From IMG/VR virus record IMGVR_UViG_3300023184_009677, positions 1,752-65,751 of that record: DNA of 64,000 bases; one strand, written 5' to 3'. Each line of letters opens with the position of its first letter. Positions within the stretch are counted from its first letter, which is position 1. A program made the position numbers and the translations under genes. This document shows positions 1-9,576 of this stretch, piece by piece. The notes under the pieces were generated by a model, which searched no databases, was not told where the DNA came from, and was given only the letters and a program-made list of their open reading frames with translations. Source of the stretch: a virus. Lineage: Duplodnaviria; Caudoviricetes.

Positions 1-74
1 TCGCCAAGTTTAACGAAGCATTCCAAATAAAGAAAGAAATTCAGAAACATATTGCCATTTCCAAAGAGCCAATC

Positions 75-377
75 ATGGAACACATGACCAACATTTATGA
101 TGGTGCATTAGCAGATTACGAATATATCCCAAAGTTTTATGATGATGCTGGAAATAAACTTGAACACCAAATAACTCAAGATATTCCTAAAAAACACCAA
201 GAAAAGCTCAAAAATTTTGGAAAAAAGAAAGATTTTGAGGGTTTATGGCATTATGTAGATAAGCACTTGAAGATAGGCGTTAGAGGAAATGCAACCAGAA
301 TTTCAAATGATTATACCCAAATAATTATTGTTAAACCTTATAAATTAATTAAAACTGAGGAGCCTAAAAATGCTTGA
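75..377 (+). CDS. hypothetical phage protein
   Basis: ORF in a gene-dense + strand run; no recognisable motif. Confidence 0.5.
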   Translation: MEHMTNIYDGALADYEYIPKFYDDAGNKLEHQITQDIPKKHQEKLKNFGKKKDFEGLWHYVDKHLKIGVRGNATRISNDYTQIIIVKPYKLIKTEEPKNA

Positions 378-410
378 CAGTTAGCCAAATAAGACTTATT
401 ATAAGATAGT

Positions 411-617
411 ATGAGAGAACAAAAACATTCTGGTCAAGTTTGGGCGATGAAGATGGGTATTCCCATTGTTGACCCAAAAGGCTGGGAATCATACGATGAT
501 TATAATCATGTTTTAATTACAAAAGAAGAATTCATTAATCGTGCCACCAGCAGCAAACTGTTTGTTCCTAAAAATGCTACGCGTAGAAATGCAAGCAAAA
601 TGTTTAAAAAGATTTAA
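411..617 (+). CDS. hypothetical protein
   Basis: ORF directly after TTGACA-17-TATTAT (374-402). Confidence 0.65.
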   Translation: MREQKHSGQVWAMKMGIPIVDPKGWESYDDYNHVLITKEEFINRATSSKLFVPKNATRRNASKMFKKI

Positions 618-680
618 ATAATTTACAAAAAATACTAAATGGTTTAGTATTTCTTGTATGTCGGAAAAAATAAAATATAT

Positions 681-1163
681 ATGAATAAACTATTCACACT
701 AACTATCGGAGCTATTCTTGCTTTGACATTGACTGCCTCGGCGGTTGATTTCTCTTCGCAAGCATTATATAACCACAACTTCAAGAGCAGCGAAAATGTT
801 GTTGGCGCAGAAATTTCTGCCTCAACAAATCTTTTTTCTGATGTAGTCGGTCAGACATCTCTTGGCATCAGTCAAGCCTATGGTTTGACAACTGATGGTG
901 CAGATAGCACAGGCATCACAAGCCTTGCCTTCCGTCAAGATGTTGACAAGTTGACGTTCGGTGGTTTTGCGCCGTTTGTCGCAGGAGAAACTTCTCTTAG
1001 CTACGGCGAAAACCAAAAGGAAAACTGGTCGCTCTCTCCCGTTGTTGGAGAATCCTTCTGCTACAAGGGAGTAAATTTGTTTGCTTCTGTCGCTTATGAC
1101 TTTAGCCTTCAAAATAGAGGAGATGGTTTGACTGCTCGCGCTGGTCTAAATTGGAAGTTCTAA
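681..1163 (+). CDS. secreted outer-membrane beta-barrel-like protein
   Basis: Signal peptide MNKLFTLTIGAILALTLTASA, alternating hydrophobic strands, C-terminal ARAGLNWKF; start moved to ATG 681. Confidence 0.6.
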   Translation: MNKLFTLTIGAILALTLTASAVDFSSQALYNHNFKSSENVVGAEISASTNLFSDVVGQTSLGISQAYGLTTDGADSTGITSLAFRQDVDKLTFGGFAPFVAGETSLSYGENQKENWSLSPVVGESFCYKGVNLFASVAYDFSLQNRGDGLTARAGLNWKF

Positions 1164-1182
1164 AAAAACTAAAACAAAACAC

Positions 1183-1214
1183 AAACCCGCTAGTGAAAAA
1201 CTGGCGGGTTTTTT
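1183..1214 (+). terminator. Rho-independent terminator
   Basis: aaacccgctag-tgaaaaa-ctggcgggttt followed by a T-run. Confidence 0.8.
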
Positions 1215-1249
1215 ATTGACTTTGAAATAAATAAAGTATAATATCTGAT

Positions 1250-1828
1250 ATGGTTATTCAAAAACAACAAGATATTAAAGAGTCTTTCTCTTATTTTATT
1301 TCTTTAATCAAAAATAAGCAATTATCAAAGACTTGTCAAGAATTATATAATTACCCAAATTTCTGGACTCATGCAGCCTCCCTTGAACATCATCATAATT
1401 TTAAAAGCGGATTGATACTGCACACGCTAGAAGTTGCAGATAACGCAAATTATTTGAGTCAAAGATTCCCTTATTGCAATAAAGACGTTTTAATTTCTGC
1501 GGCTCTATGGCATGACTTGGCTAAGATTTGGGAATACGAATGGAAAGAAAATAATGGTCTTTCCTCTTATCATATGCCAAAGTTTCAAAAAACTGATTAT
1601 GTTAAAAAAATTCACCATATTTCTGGGTCAAACGCCGAATTCACCGCAATGGCAATTAAAAATGAAGTAGATAGAAAATATATAATAATGGTGCAGCATT
1701 GCATTATCTCCCATCATGGAATAAAAGACTGGGGTTCCCCAGTTCTTCCAGAGTCTCTAGAGGCAATCATTTTACATCAATCCGATATGTTGAGCGCAAT
1801 GTATCCAAAATATAACCAACAATTTTAA
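1250..1828 (+). CDS. HD-domain hydrolase (YhaM-like)
   Basis: HH..GLILHTLEV, LWHDLAK, HI, ISHHG, ILHQSD pattern. Confidence 0.8.
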   Translation: MVIQKQQDIKESFSYFISLIKNKQLSKTCQELYNYPNFWTHAASLEHHHNFKSGLILHTLEVADNANYLSQRFPYCNKDVLISAALWHDLAKIWEYEWKENNGLSSYHMPKFQKTDYVKKIHHISGSNAEFTAMAIKNEVDRKYIIMVQHCIISHHGIKDWGSPVLPESLEAIILHQSDMLSAMYPKYNQQF

Positions 1829-1829
1829 T

Positions 1830-2018
1830 ATGAAAAAAGAATTAGAAGAAACAGTTATTCGTCTTCGTAAATTTAATCAATGGCGCAGGGGCGCAGAATT
1901 AACTGAATTTAATACATTAGATTACTCTCCAAGACAAATAGGGCTTGACCTCGACTATGTTTTAGATTATTGTGAAGGTAGATATGAAAACAGAATTACA
2001 AAACAAATTAATAAATAA
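1830..2018 (+). CDS. hypothetical protein
   Basis: ORF coupled to neighbours. Confidence 0.5.
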   Translation: MKKELEETVIRLRKFNQWRRGAELTEFNTLDYSPRQIGLDLDYVLDYCEGRYENRITKQINK

Positions 2019-2538
2019 ATATCCAGAGCTATTTAATCTGGAAGAAAAGTCTCCGTTACGCCATAGAGGTATTGGATGCGGAGATGGCTGGTATAATCTA
2101 TTAGACAAAACATTATATTTAATTGATTATCATGCCAAAAATCCAGAATGGCATCAGGAACGCTTTTATCAAGTCAAAATTTGGTATAATAAAATATTTT
2201 GGAATAATTTGTTTTTTCGCATTGCAAAGTTATTTCCCGAAAAAACCTATCGAATACTCTTTAAATATTTGAGCGCAGACCCTAGATACATTAATCCAAA
2301 AATTTCTTTAAAAGTAAAAGTAATGCAGATTAAAGAAAAATTTGCAGGATTGCGTTTGCATGTAGATAGGAGAGATGCTTACATAGATGGCATAATTTGT
2401 TTGGCAGAATCATTGTCTTATGGTCTTTGTGAACAATGCGGCACAAACGAAGGAGTATCGCAAAATAAAGAAGGATGGAACAAAACCCTTTGTAAAAAAT
2501 GCAGAAAAGGTGTTGACAAGAAAGTAAATAAACAATAA
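1984..2538 (+). CDS. conserved phage protein with QIKEKF.GLR motif and C-terminal zinc ribbon
   Basis: CGDGWYNL, QIKEKFAGLR, CEQCG..CKKC. Confidence 0.65.
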   Translation: MKTELQNKLINKYPELFNLEEKSPLRHRGIGCGDGWYNLLDKTLYLIDYHAKNPEWHQERFYQVKIWYNKIFWNNLFFRIAKLFPEKTYRILFKYLSADPRYINPKISLKVKVMQIKEKFAGLRLHVDRRDAYIDGIICLAESLSYGLCEQCGTNEGVSQNKEGWNKTLCKKCRKGVDKKVNKQ

Positions 2539-2547
2539 TATTAAAAT

Positions 2548-2748
2548 ATGTTAAAACACAATCATAAATTCATCTACGAAGTTCAAGAATCGGATATTGA
2601 AGATGTTCCTCGCCAAACAGCAATAGTTGGTATTGATGGAGATGTAACTCTGCCCCAGATGCTTGAGGCATTTGAGAAATATCTTCTTGCCGCAGGGTTT
2701 GTTCCTCCAGAAAACTCTTATCTTGACTTTGTATCAAAACACGAATGA
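2548..2748 (+). CDS. hypothetical protein
   Basis: ORF after TTGACA promoter. Confidence 0.6.
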   Translation: MLKHNHKFIYEVQESDIEDVPRQTAIVGIDGDVTLPQMLEAFEKYLLAAGFVPPENSYLDFVSKHE

Positions 2749-2882
2749 AGCACAGGCCCCTGAGTAAGGAGTTCCTCTTGAAAAGGGGTTTTTGTTGCCA
2801 CAATGGATGTAAAAATTGCCCATATAAAAAAATTAAGCCAAATGAACCTAAGCAGCCAAAACAAAAGAATACTGGTCTTTAG
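2745..2882 (+). CDS. small Cys-rich protein (DUF5522-like)
   Basis: Not in ORF track; MKHRPLSKEFLLKRGFCCHNGCKNCPY; ATGA overlap with the upstream gene. Confidence 0.65.
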   Translation: MKHRPLSKEFLLKRGFCCHNGCKNCPYKKIKPNEPKQPKQKNTGL

Positions 2883-3609
2883 TGACCCGCATCAAAATAT
2901 TCCTTATGTTGAGCATCTTCTCAACAAAGAGAAATATGATGTTGCTGTGTGCCTTGGCGATTGGTTCGACAGCTTTAATCTAAATTCAGAGAGGGATTTG
3001 GAATTAACTTGCAACTTCTTAAAGAAGTGGCTTTTTAAAGACAACTTTTATACTTGCATTGGCAACCACGATATACAATATCTTTTTGATAACAACTCCA
3101 CTATATGTAGTGGTTATAGCAGAGATAAAGACTTGTTTATAACTGATTACTTGGGTAGCTTTTTGCCCCCAATCAGGGATAAATTCTTATGGTATTTGTG
3201 GATTGACGATTTCCTTTGCTCCCATGCGGGAATTAACAGTCGCTCATTCCCCTTTAACCAAGAAATAAATAAACCTGCCATTACAACTTGGTTAGATGAG
3301 CAAGTAAATCAAGCAGTTCCCAAATTAATTAATGGAAGCCACCATTGGTTCTATGGTGCAGGTGAGGGCAGGGGCGGCAGACAAAAGATTGGCGGCATCA
3401 CTTGGCAGGACTTTGACACAGAGTTTGAGCCTATTGACGGCTTAAAACAGCTTGTTGGGCATAGCAGCCATAATATAATTTTAAATCACCATACTGATGG
3501 CAGTTTAGATTTAAAAACCTGTGACAATCTTGATATAGATTGCCATTTAAATGAATACTTAATAATCTCCAACGGAAAATTAGAAATAAAAAAATTGAAA
3601 GATTTATAA
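2842..3609 (+). CDS. calcineurin-like metallophosphoesterase
   Basis: SDPH, GDWFD, GNHD, SHAG, VGHS motifs. Confidence 0.9.
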   Translation: MNLSSQNKRILVFSDPHQNIPYVEHLLNKEKYDVAVCLGDWFDSFNLNSERDLELTCNFLKKWLFKDNFYTCIGNHDIQYLFDNNSTICSGYSRDKDLFITDYLGSFLPPIRDKFLWYLWIDDFLCSHAGINSRSFPFNQEINKPAITTWLDEQVNQAVPKLINGSHHWFYGAGEGRGGRQKIGGITWQDFDTEFEPIDGLKQLVGHSSHNIILNHHTDGSLDLKTCDNLDIDCHLNEYLIISNGKLEIKKLKDL

Positions 3610-3610
3610 T

Positions 3611-3832
3611 ATGAACAAAACTCAAATAAAAAAAGAAATCAAAGACATTGTAACACAAGTCCAAATTATTCAAGAACAGTCCATCTCACCTTTGGAAGAT
3701 AAAGTAACTATGTTACTTATGGAGCTTTATCCAAAAGCTACCCAAGCCAATGCCCAAGATTGGATGTTAGATGTCTTATATAATAACCCCAAGGGTGCGT
3801 TAAAAGTAATGAATAAAGTTTATGGCGGATAA
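3611..3832 (+). CDS. hypothetical protein
   Basis: ORF coupled to upstream gene. Confidence 0.55.
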   Translation: MNKTQIKKEIKDIVTQVQIIQEQSISPLEDKVTMLLMELYPKATQANAQDWMLDVLYNNPKGALKVMNKVYGG

Positions 3833-3995
3833 ATCACAACCAACATCAGGAAAGGGTGACAAGCCACGAAATTGCTTTTCTTCAAAATTTAAAAATAATT
3901 ACGACGAGATTGATTGGGGCAAATCAAAAGCCCCAAAATTGAACGCTAAAGAGTCAAATAAGAAGAATCCTTATGAAGCCCATCGCCAAGTATAA
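3822..3995 (+). CDS. small phage protein (GKGDKPR...NYDEIDW)
   Basis: 57-aa ORF not in track; the motif resembles common small phage proteins. Confidence 0.5.
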   Translation: MADKSQPTSGKGDKPRNCFSSKFKNNYDEIDWGKSKAPKLNAKESNKKNPYEAHRQV

Positions 3996-4013
3996 CTTGA
4001 TAATTACCCAAAA

Positions 4014-4020
4014 GTGTAAT
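4014..4020 (+). promoter_or_regulatory. putative late promoter motif GTGTAAT
   Basis: Same heptamer upstream of genes at 6416, 48355, 57599, 62976 and a hairpin at 13962. Confidence 0.55.
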
Positions 4021-4030
4021 TATCTTCTAT

Positions 4031-5596
4031 ATGGGTTATAATAAAAATATTGAGTTAAAAAGTGAGGATTTTGATTACTATGGTAATCTTTTGCATCCAG
4101 TAGATTTAAGTGATGTCGGAGGCAGTTTAACGATTGAGCATAGTGGAACCTATGATGGAATAAATTTTTTTTGGCTCCCAGTTTCTTTGCCTAATGCCGT
4201 AAAAGTATCAGGAAATATTAGTATTCATGCTAGAGAAGTTTCTTGTGGTGATTTTATTTCTGGTGGAGGGCAAATTAACTCAATAAATAGTATCTATGCT
4301 TTAAATGATATAAAAGGAAGTTATGGTCTTAATTGCGGTGGAGAAATAGTTTCTTCAAGTGGAAATATCCTTTTTAGCGGTCAAGTTACTGCGGCAAGGG
4401 ATATTAAGGCGGTAGGAGTCACCTCAAGCGGTAGTATTAGTGCTAATTTTTTGACTGCTGGTGGAGATGTAATTAGTTTTTTTGCTGATGCAAATAAAAT
4501 AGAAATTGGTGGAGATTTAAATGTTGCAGATGGTTGGTTTGGTTCGGCTTATATAGGAAAAAATGCTTATGGAACATTAGATTCACTCGGTGACTTTACT
4601 GTTAGAGGTAATGTATTTCCTGGAATTCAATCTGGATTCGGTGGCGGAGGAGGAATAGTGTCATCGTCAGGAAATTTAAATATCGGAAAAAACTGCTATA
4701 CTGCTCCTTGGGCACCAAATGGAAACATAAATATTGGTGGAATATTAAGTTTTTATTCTGGATATCAAGTAACAAATTCTGCTTATTGCAAAGGAATATT
4801 TTCTGTTTCAGGAATAGCGGGTAATAATGCAGACATTACTGCTGCCTCAATTATTATTGATGGCTATGCAAATTGCGGAGCATTACACGCTACTGGCGGA
4901 GCAATATATTGCATCGGAAATATTAATGGAAGCGGATTAGATAGTGACACTTCATCAATTTCAGCAGGGAACATCAATGCCTCTTATATTTCGGCAAAGA
5001 GTTTCATAGAAACCACGGGAAATCTTTATAGTGAAAGAGATGTTATTTCTCGCAATTCTTGGATAAGAAGCAAGGGAAATATAACTTCTCATGTGGGTAA
5101 AGTGATTGCTTGTTTAGACATTACTGCGGCGGGGTATATCCTTGCAACAGGAGGAATTTACGCAGGAGTATGCGAAAAAACTGCCCCAGAACCAACCAAA
5201 ATTATTTGCCAAAATATATCTGGATTAAATATAGTTTATGGAACACCTGTAGAAAAACCATTTTCAACATCCGTAAATTCTCCTTATTATGGGCTGTTAT
5301 TAGGATATATAACAGCGTATGATGGTAAAAATAAAAAAGTAATTCCAATTAAAGAATTCACAAATTCTTATTCATCATTTATTTTTTCTATAGATAAATT
5401 AACAGTTCCAAATACTATTTTAATTGATTTTATTAATTTGGCATATTTTGGTTCAAATAATTTTTTGGCAAAATCTTGCGAAAATCAATTTGGACCATTT
5501 AATACTGAAAAAACGGCATCCCCAATGGGAGGAAACCATTATTATGTTAGTTTTCCATATACGGGAGCCAATTATTTTCAAATATATTTAACTTGA
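4031..5596 (+). CDS. Gly/Ile/Ser-rich beta-solenoid repeat protein, possibly virion-associated
   Basis: Recurrent ~6-aa G-x-I-x-A/S units; ends homologous to 23575..24174. Confidence 0.6.
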   Translation: MGYNKNIELKSEDFDYYGNLLHPVDLSDVGGSLTIEHSGTYDGINFFWLPVSLPNAVKVSGNISIHAREVSCGDFISGGGQINSINSIYALNDIKGSYGLNCGGEIVSSSGNILFSGQVTAARDIKAVGVTSSGSISANFLTAGGDVISFFADANKIEIGGDLNVADGWFGSAYIGKNAYGTLDSLGDFTVRGNVFPGIQSGFGGGGGIVSSSGNLNIGKNCYTAPWAPNGNINIGGILSFYSGYQVTNSAYCKGIFSVSGIAGNNADITAASIIIDGYANCGALHATGGAIYCIGNINGSGLDSDTSSISAGNINASYISAKSFIETTGNLYSERDVISRNSWIRSKGNITSHVGKVIACLDITAAGYILATGGIYAGVCEKTAPEPTKIICQNISGLNIVYGTPVEKPFSTSVNSPYYGLLLGYITAYDGKNKKVIPIKEFTNSYSSFIFSIDKLTVPNTILIDFINLAYFGSNNFLAKSCENQFGPFNTEKTASPMGGNHYYVSFPYTGANYFQIYLT

Positions 5597-5719
5597 TTTT
5601 TATTTAAAAGAGTGTTAGTATTTTTCATAATCGTTTAGAAAGATAGTATAATAATCTGGACAAATATACAAATAACTTGTATATTTATGAAATCAGAGAA
5701 TATAAAATACACGAATTAC

Positions 5720-6421
5720 ATGAATACTTATAAAAATGCAGTAGAACTAATTGGACACTATGGCAGCGATGAAATTCACGCTTGTTCTGCATGGACTTCT
5801 ACAAGTCGAGATATTACTGCTGAAAAACGCGACAGAATCCCCAAATTGTTAAAAATGCTTGCTGAAGCTGGACATCATACGCCATTTGAAAAATCAAATT
5901 TACATTTTCTTGTAAATTGTGATATTGCTTCCCATATACATATTATTAAGCATCGCGTTGGTGTGTCTGTTAATGGCGAGTCGGCTCGTTATAAAGAGCT
6001 AAAGGAGGATAAGTACTACTTGCCAGAAGATTGGAAAGGAATCTTAGATTCCGAATTGGAAAATGCTAATGTTGAAGTAGAATGGCTAACGCACCTTCAA
6101 TCTTATGTAGAACAAGGTAATGCTCTATATCATAAATGCGTCAAAGACCTTGAGCCAGTTCTAGGTCGTAAGCGAGCCAAAGAGTCGGCTCGATTCTTTA
6201 AAACTTATAATTCTCAAATTCAAGCTGATGTAATGTTTAATTGGAGAAGTTTTGCTCACTTCTTGCATCTGCGTAATAAACCTGATGCTCAAAAAGAAAT
6301 CCGCGAAATTGCCGCCGAAATGTTGTTTCAAGTTCAAAACATTGAAGGCAATCCTTTTAAATATACCATAGAAGCATTTAATTTGAATAATAATGACACC
6401 AACTCCTCGATTAATGTGTAA
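5720..6421 (+). CDS. thyX: flavin-dependent thymidylate synthase
   Basis: GHHTPFE, KHRVGVSVNGESARY (RHRx7-8SxR-like), NWRSFAHFLHLR..AQKEIR; start could be 5687. Confidence 0.92.
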   Translation: MNTYKNAVELIGHYGSDEIHACSAWTSTSRDITAEKRDRIPKLLKMLAEAGHHTPFEKSNLHFLVNCDIASHIHIIKHRVGVSVNGESARYKELKEDKYYLPEDWKGILDSELENANVEVEWLTHLQSYVEQGNALYHKCVKDLEPVLGRKRAKESARFFKTYNSQIQADVMFNWRSFAHFLHLRNKPDAQKEIREIAAEMLFQVQNIEGNPFKYTIEAFNLNNNDTNSSINV

Positions 6422-6430
6422 TAAAATTAT

Positions 6431-7165
6431 ATGGGAAGAAAAAGCAGTATATATTTAGGCCAGAAATTCGGGAAATTAATTGTAAAAGAAATAATCCCAG
6501 CTAATCAATCTGGAAAACATGTTAAAGTAAAATGCAATTGCGAGTGCGGCAAAGAAACAATCGTCTCTAGTCATTTATTAAAAAATAAGATAAAATCTTG
6601 TGGATGCAATCAGAAATATTATAGAAATTTAACAGGCAAAACTTTCGGAAAAATATTTGTGGTGTCTCTTTTGAAAGAAAATTCAGAATTTGATAATCAT
6701 CAAGGGCATCTATATTTATGTGAATGCCTTGATTGTAAAAGTCAATATAAATATCAAGCATCTAGTATTTTGAGGGAAAGTTTTTTGGGTTGCAGATGCG
6801 ATATAACATCTTCTGGAGCCAAAAATAAAACTTTTGAATCTTACAAAAAGAATGCAAAAGATAAAAAAAGAAAATTTGAATTAACTTTTGATAATTTTGT
6901 AAAAATTTGTGAACAAAAATGTCATTATTGTGATAAATCTTGGAGCAACGAAAGTCGAACTAGTAAATTAAATTCTTGGAAATATAACGGAATAGATAGG
7001 CTTAATAATAATATGGGGTATGAAATAAATAATTGTGTCCCTTGTTGTAAAATTTGTAATAAAATGAAATGTAATTTATCCGAAAAAGAATTTTTCTCTC
7101 ATATTCAAGAAATACTTTTTAAACATTTCCCAAATATAGCTGAAGCATTAAAAGAAACGGCATAA
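6431..7165 (+). CDS. putative HNH homing endonuclease
   Basis: Two G.KFGK..V...C.C repeats plus CHYC...GIDRLNN..GY..NCVPCCKICNKMK. Confidence 0.85.
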   Translation: MGRKSSIYLGQKFGKLIVKEIIPANQSGKHVKVKCNCECGKETIVSSHLLKNKIKSCGCNQKYYRNLTGKTFGKIFVVSLLKENSEFDNHQGHLYLCECLDCKSQYKYQASSILRESFLGCRCDITSSGAKNKTFESYKKNAKDKKRKFELTFDNFVKICEQKCHYCDKSWSNESRTSKLNSWKYNGIDRLNNNMGYEINNCVPCCKICNKMKCNLSEKEFFSHIQEILFKHFPNIAEALKETA

Positions 7166-7371
7166 TGGACATATTCTCTTGGTCAGCATTTATTATAAAT
7201 GTCTGGGCGGTATATCTTAATATCCATAAAAATAAATGGTGTTGGATGTTAGGATTTGCCTGTTCTTCAATGTGGACGATATATGGAGTAATGACTCATC
7301 AGCCTCCCTTGTATCTAATGAATGGAATTTTTATCTTTATGAACCTTTATGGGGTTTTTAAATGGAAATAA
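7165..7371 (+). CDS. small membrane protein (PnuC/PQ-loop-like)
   Basis: Three hydrophobic helices, NLYGVFKW C-terminus. Confidence 0.55.
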   Translation: MDIFSWSAFIINVWAVYLNIHKNKWCWMLGFACSSMWTIYGVMTHQPPLYLMNGIFIFMNLYGVFKWK

Positions 7372-7413
7372 TTTATTCTTGACACATCTACAAATTTCAT
7401 GTATCTTTAAAAC

Positions 7414-7959
7414 ATGGAATACAAAAAATTACAAGATTCGTTTAATAAGAATGGCTTTACCTTTGAGCAGGTATGGCGCGAAGGAGACTTTGCAATCTAC
7501 AAGCAAACAAAAGAAGGCGTAAATAAACAATGGTATGAAGCCATTAAAATTACTCGCCATAATGGATATGAGATTGGTGGCAATGTAATTGAGCCTAGCG
7601 AAGTCTATCCCTCTAATGAAAAGTGGGGAATACTCGGATTTACTTGTGTAGATTTGCTAACTGCCCACAAAAAGATTGGCTATATGAAAGACCATCTTGA
7701 CGAAATAATTAACAAGACCAAAGAAGTGGATGAGGGTGGCAAAGTTGTTGTTCGTGGTCAAAATAAATTAACTTATCCCCAAGATAAAGAATTCTCTATC
7801 AAAGATTTAGAACTTTTAAATAAAAATATTAAAAAGCATAACATTTACCCCGCAATTCAAAAATTAATCGAAAAGGGCGAAATAAATGAATCCAAAAGAG
7901 AAAAAGTAGGCAAAGGTAAGCCAACAGTATTCTATAAGTCGTCATCTTTGACTCATTAA
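7414..7959 (+). CDS. hypothetical protein, possible C-terminal winged helix
   Basis: ORF after TTGACA promoter. Confidence 0.6.
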   Translation: MEYKKLQDSFNKNGFTFEQVWREGDFAIYKQTKEGVNKQWYEAIKITRHNGYEIGGNVIEPSEVYPSNEKWGILGFTCVDLLTAHKKIGYMKDHLDEIINKTKEVDEGGKVVVRGQNKLTYPQDKEFSIKDLELLNKNIKKHNIYPAIQKLIEKGEINESKREKVGKGKPTVFYKSSSLTH

Positions 7960-8166
7960 ACATGGACTATAAATTAAATAATAATATAAAACCAAATAAA
8001 TTTATTATTGAAGCCGACCAAAAACGCCGCGCAAAAGTAGAGAAAGCAGCAAAGAGAAAGCTAACAGATGAGGAATGGGCTAATTATAAATGTATGACTA
8101 CCCCAAAACCTAAAGATAGTTGATAATCTTGTTGACTATCCTGTAAAGTTCCAATATATTCCTTAT

Positions 8167-9078
8167 ATGAATTTATCCCTTTGTTGTATTTCTTTGCGTC
8201 TCCAAGAGCAGGGTTATAAGTTTCAAACCATGACTTACACCCGCTTTGCCTCCCTGCCACGCAAAGAAGCATTAGAAATTCTTTCTGCACGAATCCTCAA
8301 TAATTTTGAGGTTACAGGTGAAATAATTCAATACTGCCACGATTCTGGCATCAAGGGCTACCGCCTTTCTTCTGGACTCACTCCAGTAATCAATCATCCA
8401 AGTGTAAACATGAGCATATCAGACCTGCCTAATTCTGATAAGATTTTTAAGGAAATCAACAATGTCAAACAAATTATCAAAAATACTGGAATCCGCATAT
8501 CTGCTCATCCTAGTGAGTATATTTCTCTTACCAATACTAACAGCAATGTTATTAGCAACTCTATTCGTGACTTGGAGCAACACGGCGAGATATTTGACCT
8601 CCTTGACCTACCGAAATCGCATTGGTCGCCGTTAAATATACATTGCCGCCAAGATGGTGAACCAGAAAAAGTTTTCCAAGAGTTTGCCAAAAACTATGCT
8701 AAATTATCTGATAGCGTCAAAAAGCGTCTTGTTATAGAAGTTAATGACAACAAAGATGGCACATGGCATATTCCTAATCTTATCCAATACTTTTACGATA
8801 AACTTGGTTTGCCAATTACATTTGATTCCCTGCATCAAAAGTTTTGTCATGGCTCCCTGACAGAAGAACAAGCCTTTAAAAAAGCATATAGCACATGGAG
8901 CGAAACCCCTTTGTTTCATTACAGCGAAGGCGTTGACGGCACACGCAAACACGCCGATTATGCTACTGGAGTGCCAAATAATTATGGTATGGAAGTCTAT
9001 TGGGATTGCGAACTAAAACAAAAAGACCTTGCAATCGAACAAATTTTAGCCAAAAATGCTTCGCATCAACCCGTTTAA
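8167..9078 (+). CDS. uvsE: UV-damage endonuclease
   Basis: YRLSS, RISAHP..Y, NIH, RLVIEVND, FDSLH, HYSE, HAD, CELK.KD. Confidence 0.9.
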   Translation: MNLSLCCISLRLQEQGYKFQTMTYTRFASLPRKEALEILSARILNNFEVTGEIIQYCHDSGIKGYRLSSGLTPVINHPSVNMSISDLPNSDKIFKEINNVKQIIKNTGIRISAHPSEYISLTNTNSNVISNSIRDLEQHGEIFDLLDLPKSHWSPLNIHCRQDGEPEKVFQEFAKNYAKLSDSVKKRLVIEVNDNKDGTWHIPNLIQYFYDKLGLPITFDSLHQKFCHGSLTEEQAFKKAYSTWSETPLFHYSEGVDGTRKHADYATGVPNNYGMEVYWDCELKQKDLAIEQILAKNASHQPV

Positions 9079-9228
9079 AAAGAAAAAAACTTTTGAAAAT
9101 CTGCCTCGCAATAAAACATTGCACAAGCATATTAAATTAAAATAAAATTGTTTAAATTTATTCACTAAAAGTTATTACACTTTTGCTTGACTTTTAGAGA
9201 GGGGCTGGTAATATAAGATATAGAGTTT

Positions 9229-9305
9229 GCGCTTGTAGCTTAATTGGATTAAGCATTTGCCTTCTAAGCAAAGGATTGTGGGTTCAAATCCCGCCAAGCG
9301 CACCA
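9229..9305 (+). tRNA. tRNA-Arg(UCU)
   Basis: Cloverleaf, anticodon arm tttgc-cttctaa-gcaaa, GGTTCAAATCC, encoded CCA. Confidence 0.92.
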
Positions 9306-9317
9306 ATTTAGTAAATT

Positions 9318-9399
9318 GGCTCTGTGGTGGAAAGCATACACATGGGTCTTAAAAACCCACGCCGAAAGGATTGCGATGTCGAAGTCGCCAGAGCCACCA
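9318..9399 (+). tRNA. tRNA-Leu(UAA)
   Basis: Acceptor ggctctg/cagagcc, anticodon arm tgggt-cttaaaa-accca, long variable arm, CCA; atypical T-loop. Confidence 0.8.
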
Positions 9400-9405
9400 A
9401 TTTAT

Positions 9406-9486
9406 TGACCCTTAGCTCAACTCTTTGCTAGAGCAATCGTCTCATAAACGATAGGTTGTCGGGACAACTGCCGACAGGGTCAACCA
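9406..9486 (+). tRNA. tRNA with CAU anticodon (Met or Ile2)
   Basis: Acceptor tgaccct/agggtca, atcgt-ctcataa-acgat, CCA; non-canonical T-loop gacaactg. Confidence 0.78.
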
Positions 9487-9492
9487 TTTAAT

Positions 9493-9569
9493 CGTAGCGT
9501 AGCTCAAATATAAAGAGCAAATAGTCTATAACTGTTAGGATGTGGGCGAAAATCCCACCGCTACGACCA
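9493..9569 (+). tRNA. tRNA-Ile(UAU), atypical
   Basis: Acceptor cgtagcg/cgctacg, aatag-tctataa-ctgtt, T arm gtggg-cgaaaat-cccac, CCA. Confidence 0.72.
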
Positions 9570-9576
9570 TTTTAAA

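Noticed and set aside
9493-9569. Amber suppressor tRNA (CUA) and stop-codon reassignment
   Set aside because: The stem register puts UAU at 34-36, and conserved genes are intact in code 11 with TAG and TGA used as stops
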